59,452 nucleotides of DNA from Octopus bimaculoides (Eukaryota). The notes below the pieces were generated by a model. It was not told the origin of the DNA. It made no database searches and saw only the letters and a program-made list of their open reading frames with translations. Below, piece by piece: positions 24,510 through 38,390 of this stretch. How positions within the stretch are numbered: the first letter of the stretch is position 1; each line of letters opens with the position of its first letter. The position numbers were made by a program, and so were the translations under genes. The stretch spans positions 20,213,444 to 20,272,895 of the forward strand of contig NC_069000.1 of the NCBI RefSeq assembly GCF_001194135.2, in the 5' to 3' direction.

Positions 24510-25115
24510 TGGCTCTGTGACAAAAGACAATAGTACAAAACACTAGATTCTCCATCCCTCACGGCAACTGAACTTACAGAACTCCCATAGAAACTCCATT
24601 TTTAATCTCTTGTTTCTGTCTTCTTTATCAGATTGCGTTTTATAATCTTTAATATACTTTACATTAAGGCATTCGTAATTAAATTTTGTCCCTAGTAGGC
24701 TGTCTTTCATTTCCCTGCTATAAAATATTTTTCTTCATTTCCATGCCACCGTGCAATTGTGTTCATTGGTATCTAATGGGAAATTTTGTTGAACAGAATA
24801 GAGCTCTTGGTATATTTGTCTTTGAGGATAATTACTTGGCGATTAACTCTCATTTCCTTCACTCTGTGAATCTACGTGTTACAGAGGAAAGTTGCATTAC
24901 ACATTTCTACTATTGGCTCAGCATTAAATAAATACCATTTCGCTTACATTTTCATGTTCAGCTGTCTGCATACTTTCCGGTTGAGCTAGCTAGCCATTCT
25001 GTCATTTCTGCGATGCCATTTAAACTTGACTACGCTGCCAAAACACAATGTTTTTGCCTTCTCATATTGGTAGCACATGCGACTCAAAATTTATTTTATA
25101 TGCATGGAGTGTTTT

Positions 25116-25233
<118 letters not shown>

Positions 25234-25299
25234 CGCATACACACACATCTGTGCGTTTGTTTTGTTGAGAAGTTTTGATACTCGATAGAGTTTATAAGT

Positions 25300-26050
25300 T
25301 CTTTTAGGTCAGAGTTGTTCAGTTATCAATGATGTGCTCTTTGTCACACACAAGCTTGTCTGTCATTTCAGAATTCTCATCATGTAGTAATCATGCTTCC
25401 CATTTTGCCTTTTCGTGTCTGGTCTATTTATGCTGCTTGGTAATTGTGTTTCTATTTTCTTGTGTTTTATTTGGTGGTATGTCTATGCCTTACACTTTTT
25501 AGTAATTTTGCTTCTACTTGTATGAGTGTGCGTGTATGTCTGGTTGTGGATTTGTCTATTGTGCGTTGTTGATGATAATGATATGCTTGTTTCTTATAAG
25601 TATTTCTTTGCTTCTAGACATATAAAGCTGTTTGTTTTTTTCTAATAAACATTGTCGTTCTCTGGTGTTATTTTTTTACGACGTCTTGTTTTCTTTAAAG
25701 GTAGGCGTCAATATCCACCCTACTTAATTGTAGATGGTACATAGGATATCTGTAGTTCTGTAAGAATTCCTGTATGTCTAGTGATGTAAGCTAGAAAGCA
25801 TTTGACATCGTGTGTCACATACGTCTTATCTAAATTTTTGTTTTGTTTTAGCTGTCTGTGTTTAAGTTTTCAATTTATCTTGTAACTGGATGTTATCATA
25901 GAGGTAGTAATGGATATGTGGCATCTATTTCAATTTTGGTGTCGACTTCAATTTCTAGGATCAGCTTCAACCAATCGTTATTCTTCAATTTCAAACTTTG
26001 TTATTTTTTAAACATGCCAAATATTAATCCTTCTAAAATGGAAGTGAAGT
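25300..26050. mobile_element. Possible very old retroelement remnant (Penelope-like?)
   Basis: Strand-asymmetric, coding-like composition without a diagnostic motif; the assignment is weak. Confidence 0.2.
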
Positions 26051-26149
26051 AACCCTTTCCGAAAATCGAATCTACAACACGGACCTTCAAGTTCAAATCT
26101 TACCATTCATTATATTTGTTTTGTAATCTGTATGGTATTAATGTGAAAC

Positions 26150-26345
26150 AGGGCGGCGAGCTGGTAGAATCGTTAACACACCGGACAAAATACTTAGCGG
26201 CATTGCGACCGTCCTTAGGTTCTGAGTTCAATTTCCGCCGAGACCGATTTTGCCTTTTATTATTTCGAGGTCGGTGAAATAAGTACCAGTTGAGCACTGG
26301 GACCAATGTAATCGATATAATTTCCCTGTGTGCCAAAATTTGAAA
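26150..26345 (+). mobile_element. SINE family B
   Basis: gggcggcgagctggtagaatcgttaacacaccggacaaaatacttagcgg...gagttcaatttccgccgag. Confidence 0.8.
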
Positions 26346-26444
26346 CCAGTATTAATCTGAAATTGCTAATAATAGTTAGTTGTTCGTCTACTAATCCCTG
26401 TTCTCAAATTTATCTATTTCCAAGCCCACACTTATATATTATAT

Positions 26445-26690
26445 GTTTCTTTTATCTTTTATTTGTTTCAGCTATTGGACTGTGGCCATACTGTGGTCAC
26501 GCCTTGAAGAGTTTAGTCGAATGAATTGACTACAGTAGTTACTTTTTAAACTTGATACCTATTATATCGGTCATTTTTATCGAACCGCTATGTTACGAAG
26601 ACGTAAGTAAAACAACACGAGTTGTCAAACGGGAGAGGGGGGCATATCCACAAAGACAAAGACGCGCATGCACACACACATATGTCACTA
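26445..26690 (-). mobile_element. SINE family A, diverged 3' half
   Basis: tttatttgtttcagctattggactgtggccatactg...atcgaaccgctatgttacg. Confidence 0.65.
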
Positions 26691-26878
26691 GACTGAGCGT
26701 TTTTATTCAAAATGGAAATGAACACCATTCCTCCATGCCTTTGGCTAGAATAATTGTTAAGATATTAAGATATTTTCTCTTAGCATGAAACCAATGGTAG
26801 CTTTAATACACAAATAAAGAAATTCTGTCCACCAATGCGGTGTTGAGTGCTCATTCTCATCGTCCGACATTTATGTAA

Positions 26879-26912
<34 letters not shown>

Positions 26913-29134
26913 ATATATGGGTGGTAATGTTTTTTTGTCACTATAACATGACTGTTCCATAAAGAACTATGTTACTACATTTTAACGCCAGGAAAACGTC
27001 TTTTCGAGCAGGTTGACGACACAAAACTTTCCCGGAATCATGTGGTTGACAAGCTAAATATTTACCATACAACTATGCTTACTGCAAGTTTCTACATGTG
27101 TTTCCAAATTTTTTAATATGTTTATGATTATGTTACGCATATAAACATGTAGTTGAAATAAGTATTTTAGTTTGGATATATCATCTTTTCCAACAATAGA
27201 TACATCACTACTTATAAGTCAAACACCTATGGCCTATTTCTAATTTCTGTACTGTGATTTATTCTCACTTATACTATAACTTTGTTTTTCTAAGTCTTTT
27301 TTTATATTTATATCCTATATATCTGATAATGTGTTTCCTTAAATAACCTTACTTAACCACTGAGCTATCCAGAGATATTTTCTACGGTTAGCTGCCGCCT
27401 TTTGCATGCGAAGTATGCCAGTAAATTTTTTTAACGTCTTTAGTGCATCAATAATTTTCTTTTACCTGCTCTCCAGTGCGAAACAAACTAAAAAAAGCCA
27501 TAGAACCTCTATTCTATGCAGGTGTCCCATAAGCTATAAGTAGTACATAAAAACACACCCTACAAGCATAATACTACATGGTATTATCTTCAAACTGCTG
27601 AAGGATTCTAGTGTTTCGAGGATTCTAGCGACGTCGAGTTTGATTTAACAAAATAGTTAAGTTCACTAGTCGTTGTGACATCTGAATTCGTCAGAACATG
27701 TGTAACTTTCAGAAAATGTGTTAACAGTATTTATGGAAATGATATTCAATACCGTATCAGAAATACATCACTAAATGTGATTCATTTTCAGGAGGCAAAA
27801 AATTGGAACGTTAGTCGTTTTCCTGGAGTATGACTTCAGTTAAGCATCACTGACATATGTCTTCATACAGGAGGCCTTGGAGTTAGATGATATATTCTCA
27901 AATAATGCCTGTTCGAATGCAAATCTTACTCTTGTGTATACTTCGCCTTCCTACGTGGGTGTGTTTATATATATATATATNNNNNNNNNNNNNNNNNNNN
28001 NNNNNNNNNNNNNNNNNNNNNNNNNNNNNNNNNNNNNNNNNNNNNNNNNNNNNNNNNNNNNNNNNNNNNNNNNNNNNNNNNNNNNNNNNNNNNNNNNNNN
28101 NNNNNNNNNNNNNNNNNNNNNNNNNNNNNNNNNNNNNNNNNNNNNNNNNNNNNNNNNNNNNNNNNNNNNNNNNNNNNNNNNNNNNNNNNNNNNNNNNNNN
28201 NNNNNNNNNNNNNNNNNNNNNNNNNNNNNNNNNNNNNNNNNNNNNNNNNNNNNNNNNNNNNNNNNNNNNNNNNNNNNNNNNNNNNNNNNNNNNNNNNNNN
28301 NNNNNNNNNNNNNNNNNNNNNNNNNNNNNNNNNNNNNNNNNNNNNNNNNNNNNNNNNNNNNNNNNNNNNNNNNNNNNNNNNNNNNNNNNNNNNNNNNNNN
28401 NNNNNNNNNNNNNNNNNNNNNNNNNNNNNNNNNNNNNNNNNNNNNNNNNNNNNNNNNNNNNNNNNNNNNNNNNNNNNNNNNNNNNNNNNNNNNNNNNNNN
28501 NNNNNNNNNNNNNNNNNNNNNNNNNNNNNNNNNNNNNNNNNNNNNNNNNNNNNNNNNNNNNNNNNNNNNNNNNNNNNNNNNNNNNNNNNNNNNNNNNNNN
28601 NNNNNNNNNNNNNNNNNNNNNNNNNNNNNNNNNNNNNNNNNNNNNNNNNNNNNNNNNNNNNNNNNNNNNNNNNNNNNNNNNNNNNNNNNNNNNNNNNNNN
28701 NNNNNNNNNNNNNNNNNNNNNNNNNNNNNNNNNNNNNNNNNNNNNNNNNNNNNNNNNNNNNNNNTGATAATTTGCTTCTTCGCAATGAAAACCGGTTAGA
28801 AAAAATCTTTATTAGAATATGCTTCCAGTTCAGCATTCTGGCTTTTTTTCATTTTCCTATATATAAAAAAAAAAAAAAAAAATACAAAATGGGGCAAGAA
28901 CGCAAAACATCCAGACAAGTGATACAAGAAAGGGACAACAAAACATCCAGATAGACGACACAAAGAAAACACATCCACACATCTACATGTGTGTGTGCGT
29001 GCTTGTGGGTGCTTGTGTGTATGTGTTTGTGTGTTTGTGTGTGAAGAGAGGGGGGCAGAGAGGTGTAAACCCAGACAATAGCAGAAACATACAGACACAC
29101 GCAGATATTGTGTGCCACTACATACAAAATATAC

Positions 29135-29360
29135 GCAAAAGTTGCTTATGGAATACCAGCAGTCACCCATGCATATCAGCCTCCCCTCTCCACGCCACCG
29201 ATGTTATCCAAGGGAAAGGCAAAGGCCGATACGGCTTGGCACCGGTGACGTCGCATCTCATTTCTACAGCTGAGTGAACTGGAACAACGTGAAATAAAGT
29301 GTCTTGCTCAAGAACACAAGACACAACTCGGTCCGGGAATCGAACTCACAACTTCATGTA
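29135..29360 (-). mobile_element. SINE family D
   Basis: Reverse complement matches 41378-41600 (tgtgttcttgagcaagacactttatttcacgttgttccagttcac.cagctgtagaaatgag); B-box-like gttcgattccc. Confidence 0.85.
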
Positions 29361-29591
29361 GGTATTTATGTGTAGATGCACACGCACATGCAAACACATA
29401 AGCACCCCCCCACACACACACACACAAAGTTTTCTATTGGTTATTTTTGTTCGTAAGTATATAACACAGTTTTTTCAAAATAAAGTAGTCAATACTTCAG
29501 AAAACAGAGTGCTGTATTTCTTTATTCGATGAAGTTTAATGTTTTGAGTGTTAGTATATCTGATCGAAGAATGATCTCTTTAAAACTCTCC

Positions 29592-29693
<102 letters not shown>

Positions 29694-29979
29694 GCATGTA
29701 CACACATGCACACGAAATATTCCCTTTTTTTTATTCCTAGACGTTCTTCCATCTCCCTATTTTAAATTCTTATGGGGTTTATTCAAGGGGCATTGGCCCA
29801 TGACACACAAGAAACCAAATAAGGAGAAGAAGTACCTGCTCATGTTTTTATATGGGTCATCAACTTTGGAGGAAAGGTCTTGGTTCTCAGTGTCGGATCT
29901 GCAATTGAAGTAACGGAACAGAAAGAAAGAAGAATAAAGGAAGATGGTGGCGAATCAGACTGGGAGAAGGAAATGAAAT

Positions 29980-30224
29980 ATGAGAGATGGTGAGACAAAG
30001 GAAAGAGAGGTTCAAGCTAATAAAGAGAGAATCCGACTAGGAAAGAGAAGTTTAAACTAACAGAGATGGTCAGAGAAAGAGAGTGTCAGACTGACACAGA
30101 GATGGTGAGCCTGACAAAGAGAGGGTCAGATTGACTGAGATATGATCAGACTAAAGCAGAGAGGGTCAAAGTGATAGAGGATCAGATAAACAAAGGGAGA
30201 AGGTGAGGTTGACAGAGAGTGCGC

Positions 30225-30275
<51 letters not shown>

Positions 30276-30463
30276 GGGGACAGAGAAAGGGAGACAATGG
30301 AAAAACAGTGAGATTGAGAAAGAGATTCAGACTAACAAAGAAACAGAGGGAGAGAGAGTCAGACAGGCTGTTAGGGAAAAAGCGAGGGAGGGAGGAATAG
30401 ATTAGCAGACAGAGAGTGTGTCAGAGAGAGAGAGAGAGGAAATTACAGAGTAACAGTAAGAGG

Positions 30464-30501
<38 letters not shown>

Positions 30502-30691
30502 GAGAGAGAGAGTGAGTGAGAAAGAGAGACGGTGTATCAGACTAACAAAGAAAGAAAGTGGTAGTGGTGGTGGGAGTTAAGACTAACAGAGACATAATCT
30601 GTCTAACAAAGTTAGGGTCAGACTGACAGACAAACGGTAATATTGAAAGACAAAAAGGTCATACTGTCAGACGAAGAATCAGGCTGGGGCT

Positions 30692-30720
<29 letters not shown>
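29980..30720. repeat. Degenerate ~20-bp purine-rich minisatellite interleaved with (GA)n
   Basis: Recurrent gtcagactgacagagagg-like units spaced 16-22 bp. Confidence 0.65.
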
Positions 30721-30723
<3 letters not shown>

Positions 30724-30899
30724 GAAGGAGAGATTGATAGACAGACAGCAGAGAGAGAGAGAGAGGGGGGAAGAGAAGCAGACGATCACACTGACAGCCA
30801 TGACAGCTACAAAGACAAAGCTTGATTGTAACACAGACAGATTGATTATTTATTTGTTGTTAGATAACTTCATTTATTATGCTATACAATTATTTCTTT

Positions 30900-30977
30900 T
30901 TGTTCAATACCCCGTCTCTCTCCTTCTCTCCCCCCTCTCTCTCTCTCTCTATCGATCTATCTATCATTCTATCTCTG

Positions 30978-31015
<38 letters not shown>

Positions 31016-31656
31016 TCTATCAATTTATCTATTTATCTATCTGTCCCCTTCTCTCTTTCTCTCTTTGCCTCTCTCTGTCTCTCTCTGCGTCTCTGCCTGC
31101 CTCTCTCTCTGTCTCTCTATCTGCCTCTCTCCGAATATACATACATATATCCCTGTGTTTGTGTGTTTATGTGTATATCTTTCATATTTTGTCTCCACTT
31201 TTACCTTTAACTCTTCCTATCACTTCCTCTTTCTCTTTCTCTTTTTCCTATCTCTCCCGCTCATTCCACCGCCACCACTGCCACCACCACCACCACCACC
31301 ACCACCACCACCACCACATTACTCATCTATCATCATTCACTCGTTGTCATTATTCATCCACCACCCTCTATTCCTTATGTTGTCTCCTATATTATGTCAT
31401 CCTTTCCACTTCCCGCTCACCTTTTCGCACATCTTTTATCTCCTCTCCTACATTATTCTAAAAATTCCCCCATTTACCTCTTTTCTGTCTGTCTGTCTGT
31501 GGTTTTCTCTCCCTTCCACCTCTCTCCCTTTCTCTCTCTCCCTCTCTCTCCCTCTCCCTCTCTCTTGGCAACTATTCTTACTGACCAACTTTTTCCTTAT
31601 GTCGTGTCTGCAATCTTTTAGTGCGTGTCACAAGCCATCTTTCCTGATTGCATCAT

Positions 31657-31700
<44 letters not shown>
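30900..31700. repeat. (CT)n, (CCA)n and (ATT)n microsatellite field
   Basis: Directly visible. Confidence 0.9.
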
Positions 31701-31717
<17 letters not shown>

Positions 31718-31721
<4 letters not shown>

Positions 31722-31964
31722 AATCGTTAGCACGGTGGGCAAAATGCTTAGCGGCATTCCGTCCGTCTTAACGTTCTGGGTTCAAATTCCACCAAGGTCG
31801 ACTTTGCCGTTCAACCTTTCGGGGTCGAGAAATTAAGTATCAGTGAAACACTGGGGTCGATGTAATTGACTAGTTTCCTCCCGCAAAATTTCAGGCCTTG
31901 TGCATATAGTAGAAAGGATACAACTTTACCTTTCATCATTTTGGGTCGATAAAAGAAATACCAG
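31718..31964 (+). mobile_element. SINE family B, head truncated at (ATT)n, second partial unit running into a gap
   Basis: cagaatcgttagcacggtgggcaaaatgcttagcggcattccgtcc...gggttcaaattccaccaaggtcgac. Confidence 0.85.
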
Positions 31965-34439
31965 NNNNNNNNNNNNNNNNNNNNNNNNNNNNNNNNNNNN
32001 NNNNNNNNNNNNNNNNNNNNNNNNNNNNNNNNNNNNNNNNNNNNNNNNNNNNNNNNNNNNNNNNNNNNNNNNNNNNNNNNNNNNNNNNNNNNNNNNNNNN
32101 NNNNNNNNNNNNNNNNNNNNNNNNNNNNNNNNNNNNNNNNNNNNNNNNNNNNNNNNNNNNNNNNNNNNNNNNNNNNNNNNNNNNNNNNNNNNNNNNNNNN
32201 NNNNNNNNNNNNNNNNNNNNNNNNNNNNNNNNNNNNNNNNNNNNNNNNNNNNNNNNNNNNNNNNNNNNNNNNNNNNNNNNNNNNNNNNNNNNNNNNNNNN
32301 NNNNNNNNNNNNNNNNNNNNNNNNNNNNNNNNNNNNNNNNNNNNNNNNNNNNNNNNNNNNNNNNNNNNNNNNNNNNNNNNNNNNNNNNNNNNNNNNNNNN
32401 NNNNNNNNNNNNNNNNNNNNNNNNNNNNNNNNNNNNNNNNNNNNNNNNNNNNNNNNNNNNNNNNNNNNNNNNNNNNNNNNNNNNNNNNNNNNNNNNNNNN
32501 NNNNNNNNNNNNNNNNNNNNNNNNNNNNNNNNNNNNNNNNNNNNNNNNNNNNNNNNNNNNNNNNNNNNNNNNNNNNNNNNNNNNNNNNNNNNNNNNNNNN
32601 NNNNNNNNNNNNNNNNNNNNNNNNNNNNNNNNNNNNNNNNNNNNNNNNNNNNNNNNNNNNNNNNNNNNNNNNNNNNNNNNNNNNNNNNNNNNNNNNNNNN
32701 NNNNNNNNNNNNNNNNNNNNNNNNNNNNNNNNNNNNNNNNNNNNNNNNNNNNNNNNNNNNNNNNNNNNNNNNNNNNNNNNNNNNNNNNNNNNNNNNNNNN
32801 NNNNNNNNNNNNNNNNNNNNNNNNNNNNNNNNNNNNNNNNNNNNNNNNNNNNNNNNNNNNATATTTATATATATATACCTACATGCATATATACGTTTGT
32901 ATATATATATGTGTGTGTGTGTATGTATGTGTGCGCGTGTGTGTGTGTGTATGTGTGTGTGTGTGTGTGTGTGATATGCATGTGTTTATACATGTAGAGG
33001 TATTCTGCGATAAAGGGAGACCCTTGCTAAGGTATAAGTCTAAGTTGAAACGTATACTAAAAATCCCTATACCTTAATTTAGCATCCTGAGAAAATTATT
33101 GCCAACATCGATCGGTGTGGCGTAAAATGTGTCATGATGCATGTAAAAAGTTTGAGTTGAAGAAACAAACAATAATATAATTATATCGTCTAATCAACAT
33201 ACATATTTGTCCAATTTCAGGCAAAATCAAAACCTTCGTTGTCCTCATTGGATTTTCATATAAAAATCCAGACCTGAATTGCATTCACACATACATTGCA
33301 AATAAATGCAGCTTTTCTGTTTTTTTTCCATCCTTTCCTTCAAACAGTCATGCGTGGAAATCGGCAGGTGTGACCATCATCGTATGTATATATGCATACA
33401 TATATATAATATATATAAATCTGTGTGTGTGTGTGTGCGTGAACATGTGCAGCCAAGTGTCCAGGTCGAGGATTCGATTTTACAAACGCTTCGGAAATTA
33501 TTCTTCACCCTTTTCCATTGGCACACCCACCCCAGCTCGTCATTCCAGAGTGACTTTCCTACTGTAGAATGGCACGTTGTGATATAAGGGAAATTTAGTT
33601 ACTGTATCTAGCAGGTAGCTTGCATTCGCAGAAACTGTCTCTTATTGCCTAAGGAAGAGTGATCTTGTCATTTCGATTTTATTGGTAGTATTTCAATAAA
33701 TATATTTTATATAGTCTTTATGTGACGACGTGATTTTCCGTAACTAACTTAAGAATATTGAGCGATAATTACTAATTGCTTTTTCAGCAAAATTATCTTT
33801 AAATGAAACAATATTAATCTCTTCCATTCCTCTTTTTGTCATATATTTCATATTTCTTATTTTCAGGGTAGGTGGTGGAACTGACAATTTAGTTACTAAT
33901 ACTTCAGTGTAGTGGTATCTTTTAGATACTTGTGCATTGATTCATTTAATGAAGGGGTGGGATTATAAAACGAAAATATGTTTTGGTTGTATATACATAT
34001 TCATGCATAATGAATATGCAAGTATGTAAGAAGTTTCCCGAAGACGCCTTTCTGAATGAGTTTTCTAATCTTCCTTTAGAATTCTTAAACGAAAGATAAT
34101 TTTCATTAGAAATTAAAATATAATATAATATGATATATAAATATGTGTAAAGCTGTATTCTACCTGAAAACGTACCCCAAATTCACTAACAGCGTCAGCA
34201 AAATCTTCGTCGTCGTCCTAATGATCGTCGACGTTGTCTTCGTCCATTTTACTCTCATCGCTGTAGTCCACGTAGTCATTCATTGTTATCATCAACACCT
34301 TCATCCTCATCATCATCATCATCATCATCATCATGAAAAACAATAGCAGCTACAACAACAGCAGCAGCAACAATAGCAACAACAACAACAACAACAGCGT
34401 CAGCAAGAACAACAACAACAAAGACAGCAATGACAGCAA

Positions 34440-34720
34440 ACATTCGTCTGCTCTGTCTCTTTCTGCAACCATGACGTCACAGCCCATTAGTCTTCGTTGA
34501 AAATGGGAAATAAAATCAATTGAGAATCAAAGAATCAAAATGGCGTCAATCCTTGCGGAGTGTGTGAAAAAAGGACGCTGTGTTATTGGTGCAATGAAAT
34601 CGTCTTCTAGATGAATAGCTGTATGACACGACAAGTTATTCCTTTAATGTTTCGCCGAAGAAAAATTTATAGGGAGTTTTGTTCAATTGATTAACCCCTT
34701 TCTCCAATCGCACGCACGTA
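34440..34720. promoter_or_regulatory. Candidate Pol II promoter (CRE, YY1, CCAAT)
   Basis: TGACGTCA 34472-34479; CAAAATGGCG 34536-34545; ATTGG 34585-34589; CCAAT 34704-34708; locally CpG-enriched. Confidence 0.35.
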
Positions 34721-35399
34721 CACACACGCGCGCACAAGCAAACAAGCACAGAAATATGATAATGATTTCTTGCAAGACAACACACATTTTGTGGGAGATA
34801 ACTGTGCATTAAATCAACTTCAATACTTGTCTTGTACTAATTTTATCGACTCGTGAAGGATATAAAGCTAAGTGTATACTGTGCCAGAAACTGTGTTCAG
34901 AAATCAAAGGGATGTATATGTTGACTTGCAGTATTTTCTTTGGTTGCATAAACACCCGTCCCACCTTAACAACAATAGCAACAATAACGAAGACGACAAC
35001 AACAACAACAACAACAACGACAACAATAATAATACTTTCGTTGCTGACCACAAGAGCTGCAAAAAATATTTAGGACAATGCGAAGGGGAAACAACTATAG
35101 CAATAACAAAGAACAAGAGTATGATAACAACAAGATTCCTCAATAGGAGGGATTAACATGCAGGGTTACTATGAAACACCACAGATCACGAGTCTCAGCT
35201 ACCACGAGGGGCACTATTGATAGGTGACCTTCTTTCATTCGTTCGCTCCATCCTACAATCACCACTTAAAGTAGGGCCGTGCTTTTCAACAAATGCACTG
35301 GAGGCAGCATATTCCTCTTACCTTCACCTTCCTTTTCGTAAGTAACTTTAAAATGTCGATGAGTGCTTGGCCAAAGAAAAAAAAATATCTATCTTCATT

Positions 35400-35770
35400 C
35401 CTTTCAGTTTCGTTCATCACAGAAACTCTTATGCCATAGACACCAGGCAGATGAAAACTGCTAGCCCTTCTCAGCAAAGGTAAGCGACAAAGTCATCTTC
35501 ACATACTCGTGGTCCGATATATGGATCCTCCCTACACACGGTAGTAGCTTTCGATATAGCTGCACAAGTTGACGATGCTCAGGCAATGTTCAAGTGAATG
35601 CAGTACGGTTGTGTTGCACTATGCACATCTCAGAGAGGCCCAGGTGACGGCACTGCACTGCCTGTACAATTTATTGCAAACCGTTAACTGACAATCTGGC
35701 CTTCTGAATTTTCCTGTTCTTTTCCACAATACTCATTTGAATCGGACTCTTGAAATAAATAAGATTAGAT
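35400..35770 (+). mobile_element. Strongly decayed 3' fragment of a CR1/Jockey-type LINE
   Basis: Fragmentary RQCSSE and WPSEFSCSFPQYSF...NK recall the ORF2 C-terminal CSSEL...WNSLP...FP..NK pattern of such LINEs; weak. Confidence 0.3.
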
Positions 35771-36999
35771 GTTTTCAGGAGATTTGCAGGCTATTTCTAT
35801 CTGAACTTTTGAACAGTTCTGGCAGGAGGTCAATGTAGAGCTTATGGCGTTCATGGCCATTTAACAACATTAACAAAACCTTAATATCTATACTCGGTAA
35901 CAATTTATTCTCATTTTGAAGACACACTGCCCTCTATAGAACTGGGGTAGAATGTACGAGGTGGAGGAGCAAGTTATGGTTGAAAACTTCACGGCCTGGT
36001 ATTCACTGGTGTATAAAACCTATTCTGTCTCATATTTCTTCTCATATATTTCTGTGTATAGCACCTATGCACTCTTAAGGCATTTTCGGTTTTTGCTGAA
36101 ATGGGGATGGCAAATATTTTACTTTCTCTGTTGTCGCATCTGTATGTGGTTATGTGCAGGACTAACATGCCAAGTTGGACAATGCAGGCTTTGTACATTT
36201 TTCTGAAGGCTTCTTTGTTTGTGAGTGAGTGTACCATTTACTTCTTGACTTGGGTGAAGGAGATAGGTTTCTTGTTGGTGGCAATGGTGGTGGCAAAAAT
36301 GATAGCAGTCTATCGGTGAAAGTGTTGTTGCAACTATTGCTGCTGATAGAGGTTTTCATTCAGTACTACTTCATGATTCAAGTGAGAGCGACATTATCTT
36401 TTTTACTTCTGCCATTACCACTGCTGATGGCGTTGCCGACAACAATGGTTATGCTTTTCTTGTACGCATATCAGCAGCTACTGGTGTTGTCTATAGTAGT
36501 GGAGGTGTTGCTGTTGTTGTCACCAATGACAGCAGGTGGTGTTGCCGCAAGATAGACAGGATCACCATCAGCAAACGATGTTAGGGATAATAGTTGAGAT
36601 AGTATCTGTGTTGTTGTAACAACAGCTGTTATTACTTATTACAAGCGACGCCAAACTCTCTTCAGTAAAATACACGATATCCTCCGGCATCAAATCTTTA
36701 AATTATTTCCTTTCGCACACCGTGCTTACAGTTGTTTGTGGAGTTTTTTTTAAGGCAATACTAAAAAGGGGATTTTTATTGAATGTACCGATGATATTAA
36801 CTGCATGATATTAACGATTGTATTATTAATGATGATGGTATTAACTTACATGGATCGATGATATTATTAACTGTATCCTGACACAACCAATTCAGCATTG
36901 AAACGGAAGAACTCAATAACGGGATGAGCAAAAAGATATTTTTTACAAAACTTACACAACAGTAAGGCACCATAACGCATAGTCCCAAAGCAATTATAT

Positions 37000-37401
37000 T
37001 GGTAATAATTCCAATCTTGGCACGAAGCCATCAATTATCAGGGAAGGAGTCAAGTCGATTACATCGACCCCATTACTTAAAAGATACTTTATTTTATTGA
37101 CACTGAAAGGATGACTGGCAATTTTGAGCTCGGAGGGATTTGAACTGAAAATGTAAAAAAAACGGAAAAAATGCTGCAAAGCATCTCGTCTGATGTGCTA
37201 ATGATTCTACCAGATCGTTGCTTGAATAATGATGCTTTCGAATTTTTTGCACAACGCCAGTGATATCGGATAAGTAGATAACATCGATCCTCAGTACTCA
37301 ACTGATGCTGACTCCGAAAGGATAAAAAGCAAAGTCGACAACGGGGACGAAATGCTGTTAAGCATTTTGCCCGGCTTGCTAGCGATTCAGCCAGTTCGCC
37401 G

Positions 37402-37402
<1 letters not shown>
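37000..37402 (-). mobile_element. Two tandem SINE family B copies
   Basis: Two heads on the minus strand (~37230 and ~37402), each with gcattt...gctaacgattc...c homology. Confidence 0.7.
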
Positions 37403-37449
<47 letters not shown>

Positions 37450-37689
37450 GTGCTCATGGGAACTGCCCATATCCTACGTAAAATACTGTCTATGTGATCT
37501 CAAATTTTAAAGCAAACACATAATTTTCTTATGGTTTCTTAAACATTCACTTGAACAAAACTGTACAAATCCAAATATATGGTACCCTAGGCATAACACC
37601 TACATGAACTTCTAACGTGTTGTCTCTTGAGGTCTCTGGGTGAGACTTGGATCCAACTTGTACAAATGCAAAACAAAAGTCAAACATAA

Positions 37690-37690
<1 letters not shown>
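37450..37690 (+). mobile_element. R4/Dong-like 3' end in (TAA)n
   Basis: VLMGTAHILRKILSM* plus a 3' UTR ending gcaaaacaaaagtcaaacataaaa(taa)n. Confidence 0.8.
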
Positions 37691-37747
<57 letters not shown>

Positions 37748-37749
<2 letters not shown>

Positions 37750-38314
37750 TGTGCAGTATACTAGCACAAAAGGAGTATGAGCGCGGACATGACAGCGTAG
37801 ACAAATGAGTGCATTTGGATGTTAACTGAAATGTATGGCTTCAAAACAACAGAAAATTTGTATGAACATGAACCAGAATCTCTGATGGAAGGTGAGAATT
37901 ACCTGATCTTGTAGGACTTCTCCATAAAGACTGGCCATATTATTGAAGCAAGAAGATCACATATGATTATAGAAGATAATATTCTTTACGATAGCAGAGT
38001 CGATACCTAAGAAATTGAAAAAAAAAAAAAAAAAGGATGAAAATATCAAGAACTAACCAGAGAGCGTAGGAGATTGTTGAAAGACAAGGCAACAATTATC
38101 CCTGTAATAATTGGTGCCCTAGGCGGCGCAACAGCCAAAATACTGTCTGAAAGACTGAAACAAATTGGAATTCAAACTCGCAACGTCAACCTGAAGAAAA
38201 GTAGCATCCTATTTTCTGCAGAAATCCTAAGAATAATTCTTGAGATTTGAGGAAACTTGTTGTCAACAAATCTCCAGATAAAATACCTGTTAACTGAATT
38301 AACATGCACTAGCA

Positions 38315-38315
<1 letters not shown>
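37748..38315 (+). mobile_element. Decayed R4/Dong-like REL fragment of a different lineage, in (TAA)n
   Basis: LAQKEYERGHD...; IIPVIIGALG...; SILFSAEILRIILEI*; distinct 3' UTR. Confidence 0.75.

Positions 38316-38389
<74 letters not shown>

Positions 38390-38390
<1 letters not shown>

Noticed and set aside
33215-33290. Possible minus-strand exon SGFLYENPMRTTKVLILPEIGQI
   Set aside because: Poor acceptor, no recognisable homology and no partner exons.
34165-34330. Acidic minus-strand peptide MDEDNVDDH*DDDEDFADAVSEFG
   Set aside because: In-frame stop, and explained by (GAT/GAC)n drift.
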